Positions 27,144-35,813 of a DNA stretch of 45,002 nt are shown here, piece after piece (the stretch's first letter is position 1; each line of letters starts with the position of its first letter). This DNA comes from an uncultured Thermoplasmatales archaeon (lineage in GTDB: Archaea > Thermoplasmatota > E2 > DHVEG-1). Below the pieces are notes generated by a model that had not been told where the DNA came from, did no database searches, and saw nothing but the letters and a program-made list of their open reading frames with translations. The stretch lies in the NCBI GenBank assembly GCA_964628575.1, contig CAZVNH010000002.1:1-45002 (forward strand), written 5' to 3'. The position numbers and the translations under genes were made by a program.

Positions 27144-27410
27144 TTAAACACTTTTATTTTCCTTTATTAACTTTTCTATTTCCCATATACCAATATATCC
27201 TTCTTCATCAGGTTGATTATTTAAAACATAAGCCAATAATTCAGCTTTTCTTTTAGAAAATACTAAAGCATTAAATTTCCTTTGTGTTTCAGTTACCTGA
27301 ACAAGCCAAGTATTTTTAGGGTCAGATGGAAATTCATCTGCTATTTCTAACTCACACACATACCACACATAATCTTTACATATTTCGTTTTTAACTACAT
27401 ATTGTTCCAT
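27144..27410 (-). CDS. Hypothetical protein (88 aa)
   Basis: ORF overlapping the upstream gene in an operon arrangement. Confidence 0.55.
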   Translation of the reverse strand: MEQYVVKNEICKDYVWYVCELEIADEFPSDPKNTWLVQVTETQRKFNALVFSKRKAELLAYVLNNQPDEEGYIGIWEIEKLIKENKSV

Positions 27411-27886
27411 TTTATTTTCTCAACTATTTTCTCTGTTGTAGAAGATTGTTTGTTAGCTAATGTATTGTCAACATTCACTTTTTCATCTCCTACCCACCTT
27501 CTAACATTTTCAACACCAGCAATAATTTCTTTTAATGCTCTATGTTTAAGAAATATCATATATCCACATAAACCAACTCCACCAACTAAACTTGTCAATG
27601 CAATAATTTTAGCATAGAACAACATTGCAGAAGTTAAACCATACCCAACTAAAGAGCTAATCAATAATGGAATCCCAATTTTTGCAGCACCATTAAAACA
27701 AGCAAATATTGAGCTAACAATTCCAATTATTAAAATCATTTGTATCCAACTTAAATTCTTAATTACAGTTTGAACCTCTGGTGTAATTGGTTTGGTTAGA
27801 ACTACTGACTCAGATTGACAACCAATAATTAAAAAAGTTGCTATCAATAATAAAATATATAAAATTATCTCAGTAAACTTTTTCAT
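27395..27886 (-). CDS. Lipoprotein / multi-TM membrane protein (superinfection-exclusion-type candidate)
   Basis: AAGGAG Shine-Dalgarno before ATG 27886. The signal peptide carries the lipobox LIIGC, followed by several TM segments. Confidence 0.55.
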   Translation of the reverse strand: MKKFTEIILYILLLIATFLIIGCQSESVVLTKPITPEVQTVIKNLSWIQMILIIGIVSSIFACFNGAAKIGIPLLISSLVGYGLTSAMLFYAKIIALTSLVGGVGLCGYMIFLKHRALKEIIAGVENVRRWVGDEKVNVDNTLANKQSSTTEKIVEKIKWNNM

Positions 27887-27899
27887 TTCATTCTCCTTC

Positions 27900-27928
27900 A
27901 TTATAATAAATTCATTTTAGTTTGTCAA
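27900..27928 (-). promoter_or_regulatory. Consensus sigma-70 promoter (TTGACA-17-TATAAT), leftward
   Basis: On the minus strand: TTTTTTCCTTGACAaactaaaatgaatttatTATAAT. It shares the T-rich/CC upstream context with three other promoters. Confidence 0.6.
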
Positions 27929-27953
27929 GGAAAAAATTCCAATTTTATAAAAA

Positions 27954-28184
27954 TTATTGTAAGTCTTTATTTGACAAAGACTTACCATCAACAAATTTTT
28001 TCTTTAGTTCTGCTTCAAGTTTAATTGTTTCGACTTCTTCGTTTGTTAAAAAATTAAAAAACCGAATTAAGGTAACGATGCGATGCACACCCTTCCTTAT
28101 GTTTCGAGTTATCTCTTTTTTATTTTTACCATCTTTGTAGATAATATGATGTTTTTGAAAAATTGGTTTTTTATTTTTAGTCAT
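27954..28184 (-). CDS. Hypothetical basic protein (76 aa)
   Basis: ORF overlapping the primase stop. No family recognised. Confidence 0.5.
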   Translation of the reverse strand: MTKNKKPIFQKHHIIYKDGKNKKEITRNIRKGVHRIVTLIRFFNFLTNEEVETIKLEAELKKKFVDGKSLSNKDLQ

Positions 28185-28980
28185 TTAAAAAATTTCCTTC
28201 TCTATATTTTTCTATAATTTTAATATTTAATAATAATTTTTCTTTTGTTAAACCATTTTCATCCCATTTTCTTAAATCTTTCATTGGAGGAATTAAAATT
28301 GAAGCAGGATTAATATCTAATAATTTAATAGCTAATTTTTTAGCTCCTTTAATTCCAACTTCATCACTATCAGCAATAATAATTGGTCTGCATTGTTGCT
28401 TTTCTTTTAATAACTTACAAATAATTCTTTCTCCATTATTACAGCTTAATCTTCCTACTGCCTCAAATCCTAAATTTAATGCCGTAAGTGTATCGCTTGC
28501 TCCTTCACAAATTAAAAGATAATCATTAAATTGTAATCCAATAGGCCAAAATATCCCATCCTTTGAACCTTTTATAAATAATTTAGTTCTGTCTTTAAAA
28601 ATTCTTTGGATTCCTGTTATTTTTCTTTTTTCATCATAAACTGGAAATGTATATGCTTTTCCATCCCATCCAATCTCTAATTTATTCTCAAAATTATCTC
28701 CAAATTTCTCACTATAATTATCAATATAAAATTTTTGTAACACTTCCCAATTTATTTTATGATTACTCTTACTAACTTTTTTATATTTAGAAGTTTTATC
28801 ATTTTTCTTTATCCTATGTATATAACCCCATGCTCCAAATTGTCCAATAGAACCTTCTTCAGTTCTTGGACAAAAAGCAAATTCCCCTGATTCAGAAACA
28901 GAACACCAATCAGGTTTACCACAAATAGGACAAATTATATCTAAATCAGAAATTCGGATTGGTTCAAATTGGTTTTTCAT
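28177..28980 (-). CDS. DNA primase (zinc finger + Toprim domain)
   Basis: CPICGKPDWC zinc motif. The Toprim pattern is LLICEGASDTLT...IIIADSDEVG. Confidence 0.8.
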   Translation of the reverse strand: MKNQFEPIRISDLDIICPICGKPDWCSVSESGEFAFCPRTEEGSIGQFGAWGYIHRIKKNDKTSKYKKVSKSNHKINWEVLQKFYIDNYSEKFGDNFENKLEIGWDGKAYTFPVYDEKRKITGIQRIFKDRTKLFIKGSKDGIFWPIGLQFNDYLLICEGASDTLTALNLGFEAVGRLSCNNGERIICKLLKEKQQCRPIIIADSDEVGIKGAKKLAIKLLDINPASILIPPMKDLRKWDENGLTKEKLLLNIKIIEKYREGNFLND

Positions 28981-29201
28981 TTTTGCTTTTGTAAACTTTT
29001 AGCAACAATTTCTATTAAATTAAATCTTCCTTTTTTGCGTTTGTGATAAATTATAGGCAAATTACAATGATTATGATTTAAAAAATTGTAATGATTTACA
29101 CTATATCTACTATCTTTGGTTAAAGAAATTACATAAGATATATTATTTATATCTATTCTATCCGTTTCTACACCATTAATTTCAATTTTTACTGTCAACA
29201 T
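28977..29201 (-). CDS. Hypothetical protein (74 aa)
   Basis: ORF between the helicase and primase genes, with an ATGA-type overlap. Confidence 0.5.
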   Translation of the reverse strand: MLTVKIEINGVETDRIDINNISYVISLTKDSRYSVNHYNFLNHNHCNLPIIYHKRKKGRFNLIEIVAKSLQKQK

Positions 29202-29212
29202 TTTTACATATC

Positions 29213-30040
29213 CTAAAATTTCAAATTATATTCTTTAAAACTCATTGTTTCTGGTATCCATTTAACTTTTACAACTCCAGTTGCACCAGACCTATTTTTT
29301 GCAACTATAATTTCTGCACAACCAATATCATCTTCTTGTAAATTGTCTCCTTTTTGATAATATTCTGGTCGATACAATAACAAAACTTTGTCTGCATCCT
29401 GTTCTAAACTTCCTGATTCTCTTAAATCTGATAATCTTGGTCGATTATTTTCTCTCATCTCTGGAGCACGGCTTAGCTGGCTAATTGCAATAATAGGAAC
29501 TTTAGTATCATGAGCTATTGATTGTAAATTTCGACTAATTGTTGATATACGTTCATATCCTTCTCCAAACCCGCCTAAAAGCTGTAAATAATCAATAAAT
29601 ATACAATCAAATTTTTGTTCTTTCAACACATTTTTTATAAACTCACAATTTACTCCAGACTTGTCATAAAGATACAAATGTTTTTTACTAATCTTACTAA
29701 TAAATGGTTGCACATTCTCAAAAGAAACTTCTCCAGATTTCATTTCATAAAAACTTTGCCCAGATAAATGACTAATCATTCTTGTAAATAACTGAACTCC
29801 AGACGTTTCAAGAGAAATAAATAATACTTCAGATTTTTTAGCAATTCCTAAAGCAAACTGAATACAAAGAGCAGTTTTGCCCATCGATGGTCGTCCAGCT
29901 ACTAAAACAAAATCTCCAGTTTCAAAACCATACAATTTCATGTCAAGCTCTTTTAATCCAGTAGATAATTTTGGAGAACCTTTAGTAATAAAGTTCACAA
30001 CATTAGATTGTAAACTCGAAATATGAGTTATATTATTCAT
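29213..30040 (-). CDS. dnaB: DnaB-like replicative helicase (RecA-type C-terminal domain only)
   Basis: Walker A is GRPSMGKTAL and Walker B is IFIDYLQLL. Also contains SQLSR...RPRLSDLRESGSLEQDAD. Confidence 0.85.
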   Translation of the reverse strand: MNNITHISSLQSNVVNFITKGSPKLSTGLKELDMKLYGFETGDFVLVAGRPSMGKTALCIQFALGIAKKSEVLFISLETSGVQLFTRMISHLSGQSFYEMKSGEVSFENVQPFISKISKKHLYLYDKSGVNCEFIKNVLKEQKFDCIFIDYLQLLGGFGEGYERISTISRNLQSIAHDTKVPIIAISQLSRAPEMRENNRPRLSDLRESGSLEQDADKVLLLYRPEYYQKGDNLQEDDIGCAEIIVAKNRSGATGVVKVKWIPETMSFKEYNLKF

Positions 30041-30134
30041 CTTAATTAATAAAAATATATTTTATCAAAGCAACCCAAACTAAACCTAATGTAACTCCCA
30101 AAGCAAATTCAATCATTTTTAATCTCCATATCTA

Positions 30135-30524
30135 CTATATTGGACAACCATCTAAGTTTTCACTATTGTTTGATTTTTCATTTCCTAAAGTTGTTCCTTC
30201 AGGAGCGTCTCCAAGCGGTGAAGAATTTTGTTTATTTTTTTGACCTATAAATTGAAATTCATCAATAGCAACTGAATATTTCTTTTGCTCATTATCTCCA
30301 GTCCATTCTCTTAATCTTCCAACTACAAATAATGGTGAACCTTTACTTAAATACTTTGCAATAATTTCGGCTGCTTTTCCAAAACTAATACAATTTATAA
30401 ACACAGTTTCCTTTCGTATCTTATCATTAAAAGCCATTCCAAAACTTGCATAAGTTGTATTTTTTTGTCCACCTTGTCCCAATTTTACATCTGTTGTTAA
30501 ATTACCTATTCCGAAACATTTCAT
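30135..30524 (-). CDS. ssb: Single-stranded DNA-binding protein (OB fold)
   Basis: GNLTTDV...FINCISFGKAAE...KGSPLFVVGRL...W pattern, plus a low-complexity tail. Confidence 0.7.
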   Translation of the reverse strand: MKCFGIGNLTTDVKLGQGGQKNTTYASFGMAFNDKIRKETVFINCISFGKAAEIIAKYLSKGSPLFVVGRLREWTGDNEQKKYSVAIDEFQFIGQKNKQNSSPLGDAPEGTTLGNEKSNNSENLDGCPI

Positions 30525-30555
30525 CTTTTCATCTCCTAAAATTTAATTAATTTAT

Positions 30556-30765
30556 TTAATCTCTTAAAACCCATTTCTCAAAAAATTTTGCTAATTCAAC
30601 AACATGCTCCCTCTTAGCTTCATAATTAAATTTAGAAATTCTCTGCCTTTCACAAAGCATTGTTCGGGCTTGTGTTAAAGCATTCATACGAGTCATTCGT
30701 AGAGATTCTATTTCCCAAACTTCTTTTGGAACATTCGTCTCTGGCATTTTATTATTTCCTTTCAA
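30556..30765 (-). CDS. Hypothetical protein (69 aa)
   Basis: ORF in an operon context. Confidence 0.5.
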   Translation of the reverse strand: MKGNNKMPETNVPKEVWEIESLRMTRMNALTQARTMLCERQRISKFNYEAKREHVVELAKFFEKWVLRD

Positions 30766-31075
30766 TAACTTTTATTATTTCTTCAAAAATATCTGAACGC
30801 ATTTTTCTAATCTTTTGCAAGGAAATTTTTTCCCAATGATTACCTTCAAAACTTTCACAACTTCCCACAGTTTGTCCCTGATACAATCCTGAACAAAAAA
30901 GCAAAGAAAATCGACCCTTTATTAAATCATTAATCAACATGACATTTCCATATTTTGTTTCAAAAATACTTCCAACTTTATACTTCTTTTCTTTTTTTAA
31001 ACTGCTCAACAACTTTTCCGTTGTTTCCTCTGATAACGGAATTTCCTTATCACCCAAAACTAATTTACCTGCCAT
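30752..31075 (-). CDS. Hypothetical protein (107 aa)
   Basis: ORF in an operon context. Confidence 0.5.
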   Translation of the reverse strand: MAGKLVLGDKEIPLSEETTEKLLSSLKKEKKYKVGSIFETKYGNVMLINDLIKGRFSLLFCSGLYQGQTVGSCESFEGNHWEKISLQKIRKMRSDIFEEIIKVIERK

Positions 31076-31189
31076 TTTATTTCCTTTAATTAATTAAAAA
31101 AAGTATTAACTGTAAAATTACTCCAAAACCACAACCTACTGCAATACCAATAAAAATTTGTTGTAAAAATGTTTTATTGTGTATTTTCA

Positions 31190-32092
31190 TTATTTACTTC
31201 CTAACTTTTGTGCAAACTCACAAACAGACCTTACTGGACAATAATTTAAACATTTCCTACATTCACCAATTCTTGCTTCAACATAATAACCATTTGTAGG
31301 CCATTTTTTAATTTTTTTGGTTTTTTTAGCTTCTGAAATACAATCATTTTCAGTCAAAAACTTTTTTTCTCCACCACTACCAGCAAAAGAAGCAATCACC
31401 GCTTGTTTCTTGCCTTTCTTTTTTAAAGCATAAGTAGTTTCTGATTGCCATTTTTCTTCTGAAGTGCAAGGTCTATATGGATTATTTAAATGGTCAATTA
31501 ATTTATCTTGTATAAATAATTCTGTTTGGTCATAAGTCCAAACAGGCAATTCAAATGTTGGTATTCTACATTTAGGATAATCTCTTTCATTTTTCTTCTG
31601 CCAATTTGGTAAGATTCTCCAATCTTTTAACATAGGATGAATATACAATTTTTCAATACCCCAATTATGTAACTTTTTACAAAGATAACGATAAATATTT
31701 AATTGAGCTATTGCATCGGTTTGTTCAAATCTTAATGACGCAACTTTCCAAAATTTATAATCTCCAATAAAAGATTTGTCTAAACAAATTCTATCTGGAA
31801 CACCAACTAAAGTTATTCCTTTATCAAAATATAACTCCAATTTAAATTGACTTAAAATTACATCACTTTCAAATTGTCTTAAATACTTATCAACAGCAAT
31901 TCCATAAATTCTATCAACAAAATCATCAACATCTAAAACAACTTCATCCCACTTTTCAATCAATAATGTTCGCACTAATGGAGCATTTATTAATTGAGTA
32001 ACTCCAATTCTGTCTGCAACAGATTTATGAAGTCTTTCCTTTGCAGCATTTACAAAAGCTATAGGATATTTATTAATGTTTGTTATTTGCAT
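31190..32092 (-). CDS. PD-(D/E)XK nuclease, Cas4/RecB-like, with a C-terminal Cys cluster
   Basis: GVPDRI...IGDYKF gives the D...D-x-K motif. The C-terminal cluster is CRKCLNYCPVRSVC. Confidence 0.7.
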   Translation of the reverse strand: MQITNINKYPIAFVNAAKERLHKSVADRIGVTQLINAPLVRTLLIEKWDEVVLDVDDFVDRIYGIAVDKYLRQFESDVILSQFKLELYFDKGITLVGVPDRICLDKSFIGDYKFWKVASLRFEQTDAIAQLNIYRYLCKKLHNWGIEKLYIHPMLKDWRILPNWQKKNERDYPKCRIPTFELPVWTYDQTELFIQDKLIDHLNNPYRPCTSEEKWQSETTYALKKKGKKQAVIASFAGSGGEKKFLTENDCISEAKKTKKIKKWPTNGYYVEARIGECRKCLNYCPVRSVCEFAQKLGSK

Positions 32093-32309
32093 TTTTTCTT
32101 CTTGCTCTAATTAATTGAAGCTCTCTTGCATTAAAATTTACATCATACCATCTTTCCATATTTACTCTATAAGGATAAGGATGTTTCCCAGAAGAAATAG
32201 CAATAACCTTGCCTTTCTCTCCTATTAATTTTTGAGAAGGAAGCTCAACTTGCCCATATTCTCTAATTACTTTTACCTTATCGCCAACTTTAAATTTTCT
32301 TTTTGACAT
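32073..32309 (-). CDS. Small SH3/KOW-like protein (78 aa)
   Basis: KVGDKVKVI...GKVIAI pattern. Confidence 0.5.
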   Translation of the reverse strand: MSKRKFKVGDKVKVIREYGQVELPSQKLIGEKGKVIAISSGKHPYPYRVNMERWYDVNFNARELQLIRARRKNANNKH

Positions 32310-32310
32310 C

Positions 32311-32490
32311 TTATTCCTCTATCTCATAATCTCGAAAAACTTCTTTGTCATATTCTGAACATCTTTTTATATATTCTGTTTCACCACCAAAGCTTTTATT
32401 TATCCTATCTAAAGCTTCTTGTTTATTTTCAGCTTTTACATTAAAGGCATAAACTTTAGTAACAACTTCTAATACTCTAAAAGTTTCCAT
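32311..32490 (-). CDS. Small hypothetical protein (59 aa)
   Basis: Hand translation gives METFRVLEVVTKVYAFNVKAENKQEALDRINKSFGGETEYIKRCSEYDKEVFRDYEIEE. Confidence 0.4.
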   Translation of the reverse strand: METFRVLEVVTKVYAFNVKAENKQEALDRINKSFGGETEYIKRCSEYDKEVFRDYEIEE

Positions 32491-32502
32491 ATTTTATATC
32501 CT

Positions 32503-32910
32503 TCAAACAGGCCAAATATAAGGTAAATCATTTGGAACATTCCAATTAAATTGTTCATACCATTCTGGATTTTTTCTTAATAAATTTGATTTATGGCTAT
32601 TATGAAAATCTAAATTCCCAAACCAATTAGGATATTGCCAACAATGATAATGAGCAGGAAACCATATCTGCATATTATTTTTAAATCCACGTCCTATCCA
32701 TTCACAAATACACTCATTCATATATACTTTCAAACAATCTTCATAACCATTCCACATTTTTACAACAGGATGATTTTCCCATCCATTAGTCAAACCAGCT
32801 AATACTTTTAATATCGTGTAAGCTTCAACACGTTGTTTACCAAGTCTTTTATTATCAAGACATTGAACAGATATTACTAAATCAGGATATGGTAAAAATG
32901 TTTGAATTAT
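32503..32910 (-). CDS. Pyr_excise (T4 endonuclease V / DenV superfamily)-like protein lacking a canonical start codon
   Basis: The frame is open to 32910. The N-terminus reads (ATA)(ATT)QTFLPYPDLVISVQCLDNKRLGKQRVEAYTILKVL..GWENHPVVKMWNGYE, which matches the family N-terminus. The first ATG lies 39 codons inside the conserved domain. Confidence 0.55.
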   Translation of the reverse strand: MIQTFLPYPDLVISVQCLDNKRLGKQRVEAYTILKVLAGLTNGWENHPVVKMWNGYEDCLKVYMNECICEWIGRGFKNNMQIWFPAHYHCWQYPNWFGNLDFHNSHKSNLLRKNPEWYEQFNWNVPNDLPYIWPV

Positions 32911-33082
32911 TTATTTCCTCTTAATTTATCATCACATTCTATACAAATAAAATCACCATTAGGATAAGGTTTACCATTTTCTTCCCGTGTTGTTATATTA
33001 TCTAAATCTCTTACTCGATTAACAAACAAACCACTTCCTTGTTTCACACTTCGACCACATTCATTACAAATTTCAACTTTCA
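32907..33082 (-). pseudogene. Small zinc-ribbon gene disrupted by a 1-nt frameshift
   Basis: MKVEICND runs into a stop. The next frame, offset by 1 nt, continues CGRSVKQGSGLFVNRV...GDFICIECDDKLRGNK. Joining them restores a CxxC...CxxC ribbon. Confidence 0.4.
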
Positions 33083-33252
33083 TTATTTATTCTCCAATTT
33101 ACAACCACTTCGTAAATTATTTTTACCTTTTGATTTTATATAATAATCTTTTAATCTCATTCTATAATCTCTTTTATCAATTATAAAACGATGATTAAAA
33201 CTTCTTAAATCATCACTTAAAAATGCTGGTCGTTCACAACTATTATTCAACA
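33082..33252 (-). CDS. Small hypothetical protein (56 aa)
   Basis: Hand translation gives MLNNSCERPAFLSDDLRSFNHRF.... Overlap-coupled on both sides. Confidence 0.35.
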
Positions 33253-33412
33253 TCCTTTTTTACTCCGCTTTTACAATTAGTAAATTCAGAAGTAAACATA
33301 GATTTACCATTTTTATTAAAATCTAATAAAGTGCAACGTCCTGCAGGGTAAAACTGGTTTTTCCTTTTAGGGATTTCCCGTTTTTCCCAAAGCTCACAAT
33401 CTCTACAAATCA
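33242..33412 (-). CDS. Small Cys-containing protein (56 aa), first gene after the promoter at 33438
   Basis: Hand translation gives MICRDCELWEKREIPKRKNQFYPAGRCTLLDF.... GGAAG Shine-Dalgarno. Confidence 0.4.
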
Positions 33413-33437
33413 TTTTTTTCTTCCATTTTCAAGTAAC

Positions 33438-33466
33438 ATTATAACATATTGAAACTGGTTTGTCAA
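33438..33466 (-). promoter_or_regulatory. Consensus sigma-70 promoter (TTGACA-17-TGTTATAAT), leftward
   Basis: On the minus strand: TTTTTCCCTTGACAaaccagtttcaatatgtTATAAT. Confidence 0.65.
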
Positions 33467-33530
33467 GGGAAAAATTAGATTTTTTCAATTTTTTATAAGT
33501 CTTTATCATTAAAGCAGTTATCTCACTCAA

Positions 33531-34364
33531 TCAATCCAAATCTGTTGGCACAAGCCAGCCACTATCAACATCTATTCCACAATTAGAACATTTATCATCA
33601 ATAATTTCCACAATGTTTCCACAATAAAAACATTCTGCTTTTTTATATTTTGCTTCTAAAAGATTTTTACAGCTTTCACAAACTAATAAATTTCTATCTT
33701 CCAGCAAGTCTAATTCTTCCTCTGGATAAAATCCATTACAAATATCACAACTATTCCAAATTATTTTCTCATCTTCTTCTGTATTTTCTAAATCATACAC
33801 ATATCCATTATATCTCCAAGTAGAATTGGAAAATCCATTGGAAAACCAAACTCCATTTTTCCAATATCCCATATCTTCATTTATTATAATATAATGATTA
33901 TTTGAATTTAGAAAAATAAGTTTATTATACCATCCACAATACTTGCTTATAAACTTCATAGCTTCAACGGAATACATAAAAGATTTTGGCATAGTTTTTA
34001 ATACTCTGTAATTAAAATCCATTGTATCAGAATAAAAATTATTCCCCAATCCACTAAAAATCCCATTGTGAGCAAAGCCAACTTCTTCATTATTTTTAAC
34101 AAGAAATGGATGACAGTTTGCACTATCTTTTTTGCCAGAAGTAGCCAATCTAAAATGAATTACAAAATTACTTTTCGGATTTTCTCTTTCAGCTTGTCTA
34201 AAAGCTTTGTAGAATTTTCTAAATCCAAAATATCCTTTTTGAATTACAAGCTTTCTATTTTCAGTAAACATAAAACCTGCACCATCATCATTAGTATCAA
34301 ACCCATTTTTAAGCTCTCTACGAGTAATTACTGAATCAGCAGTTTTTAATATGGCTAAACACAT
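33531..34364 (-). CDS. Class-II (Ntn) glutamine amidotransferase with a C-terminal zinc-ribbon array
   Basis: Starts MCLAIL (the Cys2 nucleophile). Contains HFRLATSG..NCHPF..GFAHNGI. Four C-terminal CxxC dyads: CDIC, CESC, CFYC, CSNC. Confidence 0.75.
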   Translation of the reverse strand: MCLAILKTADSVITRRELKNGFDTNDDGAGFMFTENRKLVIQKGYFGFRKFYKAFRQAERENPKSNFVIHFRLATSGKKDSANCHPFLVKNNEEVGFAHNGIFSGLGNNFYSDTMDFNYRVLKTMPKSFMYSVEAMKFISKYCGWYNKLIFLNSNNHYIIINEDMGYWKNGVWFSNGFSNSTWRYNGYVYDLENTEEDEKIIWNSCDICNGFYPEEELDLLEDRNLLVCESCKNLLEAKYKKAECFYCGNIVEIIDDKCSNCGIDVDSGWLVPTDLD

Positions 34365-34367
34365 ATT

Positions 34368-35561
34368 TTAATAAAATCCCTTATTTTTTAACCAGCGATA
34401 TAGATTATTAAATTCTTTAGAATAATTTTTAACATAATCTAAAAATGATGCTACATTTACATATCGAGACGGAGTTTCGAATGTATAATTTACTAAAGCT
34501 TGTAAAAATTCAATGTTTTTCCAAAAACTTAAAGGATTCAAAGTTCCCCTAAAAATTCTAATCTCTATTGTATCAGGATTTTGCAAATTTACTGCACAAT
34601 GTCGTTCATGATTTCCATTTTTATTTTTCGCTTTATAAATCAAATCTCTTCCTTTATTTTCATCAACAACTTTATCTAAAGTCGCCCATTGGTTTAAATT
34701 ACTTTTGTTTCTTTGACTAATCTTTAAAATAAATTCTGGATTTTCGTAGAAAAACTTTAACAACCTATATAAATGCCACGTTCCAAAATAATTTTTAGAT
34801 AAATGTATATGGATTCCACAAGAATCCGTCTTAAAACTTATAAAACCACGTTTGCTAATAGTTAAAATCTTTAACCATTTATCAGCATTTTCCTTTAACC
34901 ATTGATAAGTAGCAGGATGAGACACAATTTCAAAACCATTATATAAACTGCCATCTTCTTTAGCAAATACAAATTCAGGTAAATTATCTGTTTCTTTTTT
35001 AATATCTCCACTGCTTTTTTCAACTTCTAATTCAATACCAAAAAATAATTTTTTTTCTGATATTGTTTTTTCGTATTTTCCTAAATAAAAATTAAAACAA
35101 GGTCTATAATTATATGAGTGCAAATTTTCAATAATCTGATGTCCTTCTATTCTATCCATACATCTTTCGCATAGATGACATTGTTCCTCACTACTCCAAT
35201 GTATCTCACCAGCAAGATAATACTCATCACAGTTTTCGCAATAAGCAAAATAACTTTCAAAACAGTTATTGCAATAATAATGAGAGTGCCATAATACCAT
35301 ATCATCGAAAGAACAAATATCCCCACAATTAACACATTCTCTATAATTTTCTGCACAGGGTTGGCACAAAAATCTTCCATCTATAATAACACAATCATTT
35401 TTATAGAACAGTTCTCCACAATCTTCACATTCTACTAACAATTCTTCTGCACAATTATCACAGTAAATTTTACCATCAAATTCTGCTTTATCAGTTTCGC
35501 TAAAAATGGAAGTATGACAATTATCACAGTAGCATATTATTTTTTCTTTATTATCGCTCAT
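34368..35561 (-). CDS. Amidoligase_2 (glutamine synthetase/GCS2-like COOH-NH2 ligase) with an N-terminal zinc-ribbon array
   Basis: Contains FFGIELEVE, EDGSLYNGFEIVSHP and CGIHIHL. Eight N-terminal CxxC dyads. The start is taken at ATG 35561, because the upstream part of the track ORF overlaps a 26-codon TM peptide ORF in another frame. Confidence 0.7.
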   Translation of the reverse strand: MSDNKEKIICYCDNCHTSIFSETDKAEFDGKIYCDNCAEELLVECEDCGELFYKNDCVIIDGRFLCQPCAENYRECVNCGDICSFDDMVLWHSHYYCNNCFESYFAYCENCDEYYLAGEIHWSSEEQCHLCERCMDRIEGHQIIENLHSYNYRPCFNFYLGKYEKTISEKKLFFGIELEVEKSSGDIKKETDNLPEFVFAKEDGSLYNGFEIVSHPATYQWLKENADKWLKILTISKRGFISFKTDSCGIHIHLSKNYFGTWHLYRLLKFFYENPEFILKISQRNKSNLNQWATLDKVVDENKGRDLIYKAKNKNGNHERHCAVNLQNPDTIEIRIFRGTLNPLSFWKNIEFLQALVNYTFETPSRYVNVASFLDYVKNYSKEFNNLYRWLKNKGFY

Positions 35562-35813
35562 ATAACTTAATAACCCGCTAACGTGCAAGCTATGAAAATG
35601 GCTATAAAAATAACTATTATCCAAACGAACCAATCGTAATGATACATTATTTTGATTCCTAATTATTTTTTCTTAAAACTATCACAAACTTTATAGCGAC
35701 TTGTTACTACATTATATTTTTTACACACAGCGTCAATAAGCAATCCTTTATACTTAAAATATCTACATATTTCACATAATTCTAATCTATGGTTAGGTGG
35801 TTTTTTCACTACT

